Below, piece after piece: positions 1 to 8,273 of a stretch of 45,325 nt of DNA (positions within the stretch are counted from its first letter, which is position 1; every line of letters starts with the position of its first letter). The stretch lies in contig JAURMS010000132.1 in NCBI GenBank assembly GCA_030830595.1, forward strand, positions 1 to 45,325, in the 5' to 3' direction. Origin of the DNA: Gammaproteobacteria bacterium (GTDB taxonomy: Bacteria > Pseudomonadota > Gammaproteobacteria > Steroidobacterales > Steroidobacteraceae). The position numbers and the translations under genes are program-made. The notes under the pieces were generated by a model. It saw nothing but the letters and a program-made list of their open reading frames with translations, had not been told where the DNA came from and searched no databases.

Positions 1-1
1 G

Positions 2-610
2 GGGCGACGCAGCACCCAGACCCCGATGGTGCTGGTGATCGTGGCCGTCCTGCTGGTCGTGAACCTGGTCGTGCTGATCCTGTTCCTGCTGCGTGACGAC
101 ACGCCCACCGTGGTTGAGGCGCCAGCACAGGACGCGACTCAGTCCTCGCCAGCCGCAACACCCGACGCCGCGCCACCGCCGGTTGCAAGCCGTCCCGCCG
201 TGGCGATGGGGCCCCCGCCCGGCCCGGTTCAGCAGGTCCAGGCTCCCGCGGGCGTCATGTATGAAGCGCCGCCGCAGAGGGAAGCGCCGGAGCCACCGCC
301 GGCCTATCTCCTGCCGGAAGCCGAGGCACCCAACTACGGACCCGCGCCGCCGCAGCCGAGTGCACCGACTGCCGAGGCCCTGCCGCTGCCGCTGTCCATG
401 CTGCCCCCCCAGGCCACCGCGGGGCTTCCGCCACTGGTCCTCGAACTGCACGTGTACTCATCCGATCCCACCCAGCGGGCAGTATTCATCAATGGTCGCC
501 GTTACCTCGAGGGAGACACGATCAACGAAGGGGCAGACCTCCTGGCGATCAGCAGTGAAGGTGCAGTGCTGAACTACCGCGGCCAGCGCTTCCTGCTGCC
601 GAGGCCCTGA
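2..610 (+). CDS. Type II secretion GspB/ExeB-like proline-rich membrane protein (probably 5'-partial at window edge; first in-window ATG at 26)
   Basis: The reading frame is open from nt 2 to the ATG at 26. It has a hydrophobic TM segment (VLVIVAVLLVVNLVVLILFLL) and a long Pro/Ala-rich linker. The C-terminal 'LELHVYSSDPTQRAVFINGRRYLEGDTI...GQRFLL' resembles the T2SS protein B C-terminal domain. Confidence 0.55.
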   Translation, partial: GRRSTQTPMVLVIVAVLLVVNLVVLILFLLRDDTPTVVEAPAQDATQSSPAATPDAAPPPVASRPAVAMGPPPGPVQQVQAPAGVMYEAPPQREAPEPPPAYLLPEAEAPNYGPAPPQPSAPTAEALPLPLSMLPPQATAGLPPLVLELHVYSSDPTQRAVFINGRRYLEGDTINEGADLLAISSEGAVLNYRGQRFLLPRP

Positions 611-613
611 GCC

Positions 614-2425
614 TTGTCGAGGGTGGCAGTCCCGGAAGAACTCGACGGCACGCGGCTGGCGCTCGCCCTGCGTGCCGGCATCCACCGGCTGCTGTCGCGC
701 GAGGAAGTGATCAACAAGATCAACGTATTTCCGGTGCCCGATGGGGATACCGGGACCAACCTCGCCCTGACCCTGCAGGCCGTGCTGAACGCCCTGCGCT
801 CGGGCAATGAACCCCATGCTGGTCGCCTGTTGGTGAAGGCTGCCGATGCAGCGCTCGACGGCGCGCGGGGCAACTCGGGCACCATCCTCGCGCAGTTCCT
901 GCTGGGCGTGGGCGATCGGCTCGGCCACCTCGCGGGCTTCGATCCCCGCAGTCTCGCAGCGGGGCTGGTCGATGGCGCACATTACGCACGCGAGGCCATG
1001 AACGAGCCGCGCGAGGGCACCATCCTCAGCGTGCTCTCGGCCTTCGCCGAGGAGGCGGCCCGGGTGGCAGACCGTGGTGAGCAGGACTTCCGCTCGCTGT
1101 TCTCTGCCGCACTGGTCAGTGCCCGCGAATCACTGGAAGCCACGCGCGGCCAGCTGGAGGTCCTGCGCAAGGCGGGTGTAGTGGATGCCGGGGCACTGGG
1201 TTTCGTGGAACTCGTGACCGGCATGAGCGAGTACCTCGAGACCGGCGAGGTGCCGGCAGACGACGTTGCGCTCAAGGTGGTCCACGAGGAAGGCTCGACG
1301 GCCGGTGAAGAGTCGGACCTCCAGCACCGCTATTGCACGGAATGCCTGGTGCAGGGCGAGGGCATCGACCGGCGCCGCCTGCGGGAGCGCCTGGGCGGGA
1401 TGGGTTCCAGCCTGGTAATCGCCGGCTCGGCCCGCAAGGTCCGCATCCACATCCACGTGAATGAACCCACCGAGGTGTTCGCCATCGCCGCTGACTTCGG
1501 CGAGGTCACTGGTCGCAAGGCCGACGACATGCAGCGCCAGCAGGGCATCGCTCATCACCTGCGTGATCGCCGGGTCGGCATCGTGGTGGACTCTGCGGCA
1601 GACCTGCCCGAAGCGCTGCTGGAACACCACGACATCTTCATGGTGCCGGTGCGCGTGCATTTCGGCGAGCAGAGCTACCTCGACAAGGTCGGCCTCACAC
1701 CCGAGGAGTTCTTCGGGAAGCTGGCCAGCGGCGGGGCCCATCCCAAGACCTCGCTGCCACCGCCCGGCGATTTTCGCCGGGCCTTCGAGTTTCTCGGTTC
1801 GCACTACGAGGCTGTGCTCTACGTCGGCCTGACGTCCCGTGCCAGCGGCACCTTCAATGCTGCAGAGGCCGCTGCGCGCCGGACCAACACTCACGGCACC
1901 CTGCGCTGCCTGGACAGCCGCAATGCCTCGCTCGGCCAGGGATTGATTGCGCTCGCCGCCGCGCAGGCTGCGGAGGCCGGCGGCAGCCTGGAGCAGGTGT
2001 CGGCGGCTGCGGAGTCTGCTGTCCCCCGCACCCGGACCTTCGCCTGCGTGCAGACCCTCGACTACGCGATTCGCGGGGGCCGCGTGCCCGCCTGGGCTGG
2101 CCGCGTGGCAAATTTGTTCAAGCTCATGCCGATCATCGCCACACGTCCCGACGGGCGGGTCTCGCTGGGCGGCGTGCTGTTCCACTCCCGTGACCTCACG
2201 CCCCGCTTTGCCCGTTTCATCGGCCGGCGGCTGCGAGGCGGCGCTCGCTGGCGGTTGGCCATCGGTCACGCCAACGCGCCGGACGCGGCCGATCGTCTGC
2301 GGGGCATGCTGGAGCGAGCGCACAGCGCCAGGCTCGAACTGCTCGAGATCATTCCCATCGGCACCGCGCTGGGCGTCCATGGCGGCCCTGGCTGCCTCGT
2401 CGTGTCCATGCAGGAGCTCACCTGA
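614..2425 (+). CDS. DAK2 (DhaL/FakA-like kinase domain + Cys2His2 linker) fused to a DegV/FakB-like lipid-binding domain
   Basis: 603-aa ORF with a TTG start 3 nt after the upstream stop. N-terminal motifs are FPVPDGDTGTN, ARGNSG, EGTILSV and VVDAGALG (DAK2). The middle region has YCTEC...RIHIHV. The C-terminal half has IVVDSAADLP, PKTSLPPPGDF, LTSRASGTFNAA, CLDSRNASLGQG and LDYAIRGGRV (DegV pattern). Confidence 0.8.
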   Translation: MSRVAVPEELDGTRLALALRAGIHRLLSREEVINKINVFPVPDGDTGTNLALTLQAVLNALRSGNEPHAGRLLVKAADAALDGARGNSGTILAQFLLGVGDRLGHLAGFDPRSLAAGLVDGAHYAREAMNEPREGTILSVLSAFAEEAARVADRGEQDFRSLFSAALVSARESLEATRGQLEVLRKAGVVDAGALGFVELVTGMSEYLETGEVPADDVALKVVHEEGSTAGEESDLQHRYCTECLVQGEGIDRRRLRERLGGMGSSLVIAGSARKVRIHIHVNEPTEVFAIAADFGEVTGRKADDMQRQQGIAHHLRDRRVGIVVDSAADLPEALLEHHDIFMVPVRVHFGEQSYLDKVGLTPEEFFGKLASGGAHPKTSLPPPGDFRRAFEFLGSHYEAVLYVGLTSRASGTFNAAEAAARRTNTHGTLRCLDSRNASLGQGLIALAAAQAAEAGGSLEQVSAAAESAVPRTRTFACVQTLDYAIRGGRVPAWAGRVANLFKLMPIIATRPDGRVSLGGVLFHSRDLTPRFARFIGRRLRGGARWRLAIGHANAPDAADRLRGMLERAHSARLELLEIIPIGTALGVHGGPGCLVVSMQELT

Positions 2426-3543
2426 TGAAGCCCGACACACTCGCCGTTCATGCCGCCCGCGGCCCGGACCGCGAGACCGGCGCGGTGGCGCAACCGCTGT
2501 ACCTGTCGACCACCTTCGAGCGGGCCACCGACGGAAGCTATCCTTCCGGCTTCCAGTATGGGCGCAACGACAACCCGAACCGCCGTGCGCTCGAGCAAGC
2601 AGTCGCCGCCCTCGACGGGGCCAACGACTCACTGGCCTTCGCCTCCGGGAGTGCGGCCGTGCTCGCGGCCTTCAGCCTGCTTAGGCCTGGCGATCACCTG
2701 CTGGTGCCGAGCGAGTGCTACTACGGCACGCTGAAGCAGGTAGGCAAGGTGATCGAGCCACTGGGTATCGCCGTGTCACGGGTGGCCACCTGGGACCTGG
2801 ACGAGGTGCGGAATGCGCTGCGGCCACAGACGCGGATGATCTGGGTCGAGACGCCATCGAATCCCCTGCTGAGGATTTCCGACCTGGCGGGGCTCGCGAC
2901 ACTGGCGCGAACCCAGGGTGCCTGGCTCGCCTGCGATTCGACGCTCGCCCCACCGCCCGTGCAGCGCCCGCTCGAACTGGGCGCCGACCTGGTGATGCAC
3001 TCCTCGACCAAGTTCCTGGCCGGGCACAGCGACGTCACCGGCGGACTGCTGAGCGTGCGTGAAGGGGGTGGGGAGCTGGAGCGGCTGCGCGAGTACCAGG
3101 CCATGATGGGCGCGGTGCCCTCGCCCTTCGATTGCTGGCTCACCCGCCGCAGCCTGATGACCCTGCAGGTACGGGTTCGCGCGCAGGTCGCCGCAGCCCA
3201 GGCAGTGGCGGCCTTCCTGGCCGGCCAGCCCTCCGTAGAGCAGGTCTTCTATCCGGGTCTCGCGCGGCACGCAGGGCATGCGGTGGCCGCGCGCCAGATG
3301 CACGGCTTTGGATCGATGCTGTCATTCACCGTACCCGGTGGCGCTGACGAGGCCATGCGGGTGGCCGCCCGCGTGCGCCTGTTCACCCGCGCCACCAGTC
3401 TCGGCAGCGTCGAAAGCCTGATCGAACACCGTGCCTCCATCGAGGGACCGGGCACCACCACGCCTGCCAACCTGCTGCGCCTGTCCATCGGGCTGGAGCA
3501 TGCGGACGACCTGATCGAGGACCTGCGCGAGGCGCTGTCATGA
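2425..3543 (+). CDS. Cys/Met-metabolism PLP-dependent enzyme (cystathionine gamma-synthase / beta-lyase family)
   Basis: 372-aa ORF. The ATG overlaps the upstream TGA (TGATG at 2423-2427). Family-typical N-terminus (TLAVHAAR...PLYLSTTF), SNPLL, and the PLP-lysine motif HSSTKFLAGHSDVTGG. Confidence 0.8.
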   Translation: MKPDTLAVHAARGPDRETGAVAQPLYLSTTFERATDGSYPSGFQYGRNDNPNRRALEQAVAALDGANDSLAFASGSAAVLAAFSLLRPGDHLLVPSECYYGTLKQVGKVIEPLGIAVSRVATWDLDEVRNALRPQTRMIWVETPSNPLLRISDLAGLATLARTQGAWLACDSTLAPPPVQRPLELGADLVMHSSTKFLAGHSDVTGGLLSVREGGGELERLREYQAMMGAVPSPFDCWLTRRSLMTLQVRVRAQVAAAQAVAAFLAGQPSVEQVFYPGLARHAGHAVAARQMHGFGSMLSFTVPGGADEAMRVAARVRLFTRATSLGSVESLIEHRASIEGPGTTTPANLLRLSIGLEHADDLIEDLREALS

Positions 3544-4583
3544 GCCCGCCGGACGATCGCGGAAACGTCCTCTTCTATCAGCGCGTGTTCGCGGTGACCT
3601 CGCTGGGGCTGCTGGCCTGGCTGCTCTACCAGGTCATCGAACCGTTCCTGAAACCCATGGCCTGGGCCGTGCTGGTCGCCGTGCTGCTGTTTCCCCTGCA
3701 ACGCAGGTTGGCCGTCCTGTGGGGTGGACGGGAAAACCTTGCCGCAGCAGTGCTGACAGTGCTGGTAGTGCTGCTGTTCGTGGGGCCGCTGACCGCCCTC
3801 GCCGTGGCCTTCGCTGCACAGGCGGGACAACTGGCGGAGCTGGTGCCCGGCTGGGTGGCCAGGGCAGAGACACTGTTGACCTCGGGCAGCGCGAGTTGGC
3901 CGGCCAAGCTGCAGGCGGTGCTGCCCATCGAGGCCAATGAATTGCAGCAGTGGGCCACCAGTGGCGCTCGACAGCTCCTGCAGCGGGCGGCGTCGGCAGG
4001 GGGCTCGGCGGTCCTTGGTGCCGTGGGCACGGTCCTGTCATTCACGGTGATGCTGTTCCTGCTGTTCTTCTTCCTGCGCGACGGCGCCCTCATTGCGACG
4101 TCCATCCTGCGGCTGGTGCCGGTGCCTGAAGATCGCAAACGTGCGCTGATTACCCAGCTCACCGCAGTGACCCAGGCAGTGGTGGTGGGTACGGTGCTGA
4201 CGGCGATGGTGCAGGGCCTGCTGCTCGGTGTGGGCTTCGCCATCGTCGGCCTGCCTGCGCCAGTGGTGTTCGGCGTCGTCGGTGGCGTGCTGTCCGTCGT
4301 GCCCTTCGGCGGAACCGCATTGGTCTGGGTGCCCGGGGTGATCGCGCTGCTGATCGCGGGTGACTACACCTGGGGGGCTTTTCTGGCGGCCTGGGGTGCC
4401 ATCCTGGTGTCCTCGGTGGACAACTTCCTGAAGCCGCTGCTGATCTCGGGTCGGGCCGAGGTCCCCACGCTGGCCGTGTTCATCGGCGTGCTCGGCGGTC
4501 TCTCCGCGTTCGGGCTGGTGGGCATGTTCCTGGGCCCGGTGGTCATTGCGCTCGCGCTGGCACTCGCGAGGCTGCGGGACTGA
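3540..4583 (+). CDS. AI-2E family transporter (PerM/YhhT-like permease)
   Basis: 347-aa polytopic membrane ORF. ATGA start/stop overlap with the upstream gene. The C-terminal 'VDNFLKPLLISGRAEVPTLAVFIGVLGGLSAFGLVGMFLGPVV' is typical of the AI-2E/UPF0118 family. Confidence 0.75.
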   Translation: MSPPDDRGNVLFYQRVFAVTSLGLLAWLLYQVIEPFLKPMAWAVLVAVLLFPLQRRLAVLWGGRENLAAAVLTVLVVLLFVGPLTALAVAFAAQAGQLAELVPGWVARAETLLTSGSASWPAKLQAVLPIEANELQQWATSGARQLLQRAASAGGSAVLGAVGTVLSFTVMLFLLFFFLRDGALIATSILRLVPVPEDRKRALITQLTAVTQAVVVGTVLTAMVQGLLLGVGFAIVGLPAPVVFGVVGGVLSVVPFGGTALVWVPGVIALLIAGDYTWGAFLAAWGAILVSSVDNFLKPLLISGRAEVPTLAVFIGVLGGLSAFGLVGMFLGPVVIALALALARLRD

Positions 4584-4588
4584 AGCAG

Positions 4589-4607
4589 GGGCCGTACAAT
4601 ACGGCCC
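4589..4607. repeat. Perfect inverted repeat (8-bp stem GGGCCGTA / TACGGCCC, 3-nt loop) 3 nt upstream of the uvrD ATG
   Basis: Read directly: GGGCCGTAcaaTACGGCCC followed by tccATG. No T-tract follows it. Confidence 0.4.
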
Positions 4608-4610
4608 TCC

Positions 4611-6827
4611 ATGCCTGAACATCACCCCCTCCTCGCTGAGCTCAACGAGGCGCAGCGCGCTGCCGTCGCAGCACCCCTCGCCGCAACGCTGGTCCTGGCC
4701 GGGGCCGGCAGCGGCAAGACCCGCGTACTGACCCATCGCGCCGCCTGGTTGATCACCGAGCACGGCGTGTCGCCCCAGGGCCTGCTGGCCGTCACCTTCA
4801 CCAACAAGGCGGCCGCCGAGATGCGCGGCCGCATCGAGGCCCTGCTGGACCTGCCCGGGTCCTCGCTGTGGGTAGGCACCTTCCATGGCATCGCCCACCG
4901 CCTGCTGCGCCGGCATTGGCGCGAGGCCGCGCTGCCGCAGCAGTTCCAGATCCTGGACGACGACGACCAGCAGCGCCTGGTGCGCAAGCTGATCCGCGAA
5001 CAGAACCTCGACGAGCAGCGCTGGGTCCCGCGCGAGGTCCAGGGCTTCATCAACCGGGAAAAGGACGAGGGCCGACGGCCGAAACACCTGCAGGACCGCG
5101 GCGATCCCACCCGTCGCGAACTGATACGGCTCTACGAGCTCTACCAGAAGCGCTGTGATGTCCTCGGGGTGGTGGATTTTGCCGAACTGCTGCTGCGCTG
5201 CCTGGAGATGATCCGCGACCAGCCGCCGCTGGCCGATTTCTACCGACGCCGCTTCCGGCACGTGCTGGTCGACGAGTTCCAGGACACCAACGGGGTGCAG
5301 TACGACTGGGTCAGGCTCCTGTGCGGCAGCGAGGGCCTGCCCTTCGTGGTCGGCGACGACGACCAGTCCATTTATCGCTGGCGCGGCGCGCGGGTGGAGA
5401 ACATGCAGCGCTACCGCAAGGACTTCGGCGCCAGCACCTTCAAGCTGGAGCAGAACTACCGCTCCACCTCGGTGATCCTGGGCGCGGCCAACCAGGTCAT
5501 CCGGCTCAACGAGGACCGGCTGGGCAAGGAGTTGTGGACCGCGGCCAAGGGTGGCGAGCCGATTCGCCTGTACTCCGCCTTCAACGAGCGGGACGAGGCG
5601 GATTTCGTCCTCGAACGCATTCGCGAACATGCGCGCAGCGGACTGCCGCTGTCCGCCGCTGCCATCCTGTACCGTTCGAACGCCCAGTCGCGCGCCTTCG
5701 AGGAGGCGCTGATGGCGGCGCGCATTCCCTACCGCGTATACGGGGGCCTGCGCTTCTTCGAGCGCGCCGAGATCAAGGACGCCCTGGCCTACCTGCGCCT
5801 GTGCGGCAACCGTAACGACGACGTCTCCTTCGAGCGGGTGGTCAACCTGCCCACCCGCGGCATCGGCCAGTCGACCCTGGAGCGCCTCCGCAGCGAGTCG
5901 CGCAGCACCGGCGTGTCGCTGTGGGATGCGGCGCTCCAGGTCAGGCCCTCGCTGCCAGCCAGGGCCGCCAGCGCGCTAGGCGGCTTCCTCGCCCTGATCG
6001 AGAAGATGGCGGCCGCCATGGAGGGCAAGGACCTGCCGGATCAGGTGCGCATCGGCATCGAGGACTCCGGACTGCGCGAGCACCATTCCCGCGAGAAGGA
6101 CAACAAGGGCGAGGCGCGGGTCGAGAACCTCGACGAGCTGGTCAATGCCGCCGCAGGCTTTGCTCCGGAGGGTGAGGACGACCTGCCGCCGCTGGCCTCG
6201 TTCCTCTCCCATGCCACCCTGGAGTCTGGCGAGACCCAGGCGGCCGATGGCCGCGACAGCGTGCAGCTGATGACCCTGCACAGCGCCAAGGGTCTCGAGT
6301 TTCCCACCGTGTTCATGGTCGGGCTGGAGGAAGGGCTGTTTCCCTCCGAGCGTTCCGTATTCGACCCGGAGAAACTGCCCGAGGAACGCCGGCTGTGCTA
6401 CGTGGGCATCACCCGGGCGATGCAGCGGCTGTACCTCAGCCATGCCGAAAGCCGCCGCATGTATGGTCGCACCGACTACCGGGCACCCTCGCGCTTTGTC
6501 GGTGAACTGCCTCCGGAACTGATCGAGGAGGTGCGCCCCCGGCTTTCGGTGTCGCGCCCGCTCTACGACCCGGACGCCGGCCAGGCCCGTCGCCCCTCTT
6601 TTGCCGGCTCGCGCCCGGCTGCGGTCCCGGCCCGTCCGGTGGTCCGGCCCCAGAAGGGCGAGGACGTTCCCTATCGTCTCGGCGCCCGGGTCCGGCACGT
6701 CAAGTTCGGCGAAGGCGTGGTGATCCGTTACGAAGGCAACGGCGATAACCAGCAGGTCCAGGTGAACTTCGAGCGTGGCGGCCAGAAGTGGCTGATGTGC
6801 GCCTATGCCAAGTTAGAAGCCGTGTAA
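4611..6827 (+). CDS. uvrD: DNA helicase II (UvrD)
   Basis: 738 aa. Walker A AGAGSGKTRVLTHR, helicase motifs (VDEFQDTN, TLHSAKGLEF, YVGITRA), and a C-terminal GxRVxHxxFGxGxV Tudor-like tail. Confidence 0.9.
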   Translation: MPEHHPLLAELNEAQRAAVAAPLAATLVLAGAGSGKTRVLTHRAAWLITEHGVSPQGLLAVTFTNKAAAEMRGRIEALLDLPGSSLWVGTFHGIAHRLLRRHWREAALPQQFQILDDDDQQRLVRKLIREQNLDEQRWVPREVQGFINREKDEGRRPKHLQDRGDPTRRELIRLYELYQKRCDVLGVVDFAELLLRCLEMIRDQPPLADFYRRRFRHVLVDEFQDTNGVQYDWVRLLCGSEGLPFVVGDDDQSIYRWRGARVENMQRYRKDFGASTFKLEQNYRSTSVILGAANQVIRLNEDRLGKELWTAAKGGEPIRLYSAFNERDEADFVLERIREHARSGLPLSAAAILYRSNAQSRAFEEALMAARIPYRVYGGLRFFERAEIKDALAYLRLCGNRNDDVSFERVVNLPTRGIGQSTLERLRSESRSTGVSLWDAALQVRPSLPARAASALGGFLALIEKMAAAMEGKDLPDQVRIGIEDSGLREHHSREKDNKGEARVENLDELVNAAAGFAPEGEDDLPPLASFLSHATLESGETQAADGRDSVQLMTLHSAKGLEFPTVFMVGLEEGLFPSERSVFDPEKLPEERRLCYVGITRAMQRLYLSHAESRRMYGRTDYRAPSRFVGELPPELIEEVRPRLSVSRPLYDPDAGQARRPSFAGSRPAAVPARPVVRPQKGEDVPYRLGARVRHVKFGEGVVIRYEGNGDNQQVQVNFERGGQKWLMCAYAKLEAV

Positions 6828-6883
6828 TCGGCTAGAATCCGGCAGACATCGGGCGTTTACGCCCCCATCAGGCAGGGTCTTCG

Positions 6884-8257
6884 TTGAAGATCATCATCCT
6901 CGGTGCAGGCCAGGTCGGCCGCACGGCCGCACAGCACCTGTCACGCGAACAGGCGCACTCCGTTACGGTGGTCGACACCCAGCAGGACATCCTGCGAGAG
7001 CTGCAGGACCGCCTCGACATCCGCACCGTGGTCGGTAACGCGGCGCATCCGTCGGTGCTGGAGGCCGCCGGCGGGGAAGGCGCGGACATGGTGGTGGCGC
7101 TGACCAACAGCGACGAGGTCAACATGATCGCCTGCCAGGTGGCGCACAGCCTGTTTGGCACGCCCCGCAAGATCGCCCGGATTCGCTCCAACGACTATTC
7201 GCTGCGCCACCGCCTGTTCGCGGAAGGTGGCCTGCACGTCGACGTCATGATCAGCCCGGAACAGTTGGTCACGGACCACGTCAGCCGGCTGATCAGTTAT
7301 CCGGGGTCGCTGCAGGTGCTGGAATTTGCCGAGGGCCGCGTGCGGCTGGTAGGCGTGCGCGCCGTACGCGGCGGCCAGCTGGTCGGTCACCAGCTGCGTG
7401 AGCTGCCGGAGCACCTGCCCAAGCGGGATACGCGGGTCGCGGCCATCTACCGCGAGGGCCGGAGCGTGCAACCCGAAGGCGACACCGTCATCCAGCACAA
7501 CGACGAAGTGTTCTTCATTGCCGCCAGCGCGGACATCGGCTCGATGATGAAGGAGCTCCGGACGGTGGAGGAACCGGTCCGACGGGTGGTGATCGCCGGG
7601 GCGGGCAACATCGGGCTGCGCCTGGCGGCCAGCCTCGAGGGGACCAACCAGGTCAAGCTGATCGAGCGGGATGCCGCGCGCGCGCGCCGGGCTGCGGAGC
7701 AACTCGGACGCACCCTGGTGCTCACCGGCGATGCCGCGGACGAGGACCTCCTGATCGAGGAAAACATCGATTCCGTCGACGTGTTCGTCTCGCTGACCAA
7801 CGCCGAGGAGGCTAACATCCTCTCGGCCATGCTGGCCAAGAAACTCGGCGCGCACCGCGCGCTGGCGCTGATCAACCGACCCTCCTATACCGAGTTGATC
7901 GAAGGCGGCAGCATCGACGTCGCTATTTCGCCGCAGACCATCACCATCAGCGCCCTGCTCGCCCACGTTCGGCGCGGCGACGTGGCCAAGGTCCACTCCC
8001 TGCGGCGTGGCGCGGCCGAGGCCATCGAGGCCATCGCCCACGGCGACTCCCGCTCCTCGCCGGTCATCGGCCGGCCGCTGGAGCGCGTATCGCTGCCTCC
8101 GGGCACCACCATCGGCGCCATCGTGCGGGGCGAAGAAGTGCTGATGGCCCACCACGACACCGTGATTCAGGAAGACGACCACGTCATCCTGTTCCTGACC
8201 GATCGCCGGCATGTCGAGGCCGTGGGTCGCATGTTCATGCCCCGCGGCACCAGGTAA
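6884..8257 (+). CDS. trkA: Trk potassium uptake system NAD-binding protein TrkA
   Basis: 457 aa with a TTG start. MKIIILGAGQVG, plus a second Rossmann motif VVIAGAGNIG, giving the duplicated RCK architecture of TrkA. Confidence 0.9.
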   Translation: MKIIILGAGQVGRTAAQHLSREQAHSVTVVDTQQDILRELQDRLDIRTVVGNAAHPSVLEAAGGEGADMVVALTNSDEVNMIACQVAHSLFGTPRKIARIRSNDYSLRHRLFAEGGLHVDVMISPEQLVTDHVSRLISYPGSLQVLEFAEGRVRLVGVRAVRGGQLVGHQLRELPEHLPKRDTRVAAIYREGRSVQPEGDTVIQHNDEVFFIAASADIGSMMKELRTVEEPVRRVVIAGAGNIGLRLAASLEGTNQVKLIERDAARARRAAEQLGRTLVLTGDAADEDLLIEENIDSVDVFVSLTNAEEANILSAMLAKKLGAHRALALINRPSYTELIEGGSIDVAISPQTITISALLAHVRRGDVAKVHSLRRGAAEAIEAIAHGDSRSSPVIGRPLERVSLPPGTTIGAIVRGEEVLMAHHDTVIQEDDHVILFLTDRRHVEAVGRMFMPRGTR

Positions 8258-8273
8258 ACGGCGGGAGTCGGCC

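Noticed and set aside
1130-2632. 500-aa ORF antisense to the DAK2-DegV gene and the start of the PLP-enzyme gene
   Set aside because: The composition is Arg/Ala/Gly/Pro-rich with no recognisable motifs. It lies entirely opposite two ORFs with clear family signatures. This is the usual stop-poor antisense frame of a high-GC genome.
4038-5630. 530-aa ORF antisense to the AI-2E permease and uvrD genes
   Set aside because: Same reasoning: low-complexity, His/Arg/Gln/Gly-rich translation with no domain signature. The opposite strand encodes an unmistakable UvrD.
6851-6864. GGGCG-TTTA-CGCCC hairpin after uvrD as a possible terminator
   Set aside because: The stem is only 5 bp and no T-tract follows, which is too weak to call an intrinsic terminator.
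8211-8273. Upstream starts proposed by the ORF track for trkH (8211). The same pattern applies to glyQ (23981), glnA (23987), recF (15739), ntrB (25941), dctQ (9889), dctM (10197), trmL (35651) and the amidohydrolase (41405)
   Set aside because: In each case the extension overlaps the preceding gene or adds non-conserved Arg/Pro-rich residues. An internal ATG/GTG reproduces the canonical N-terminus and protein length.
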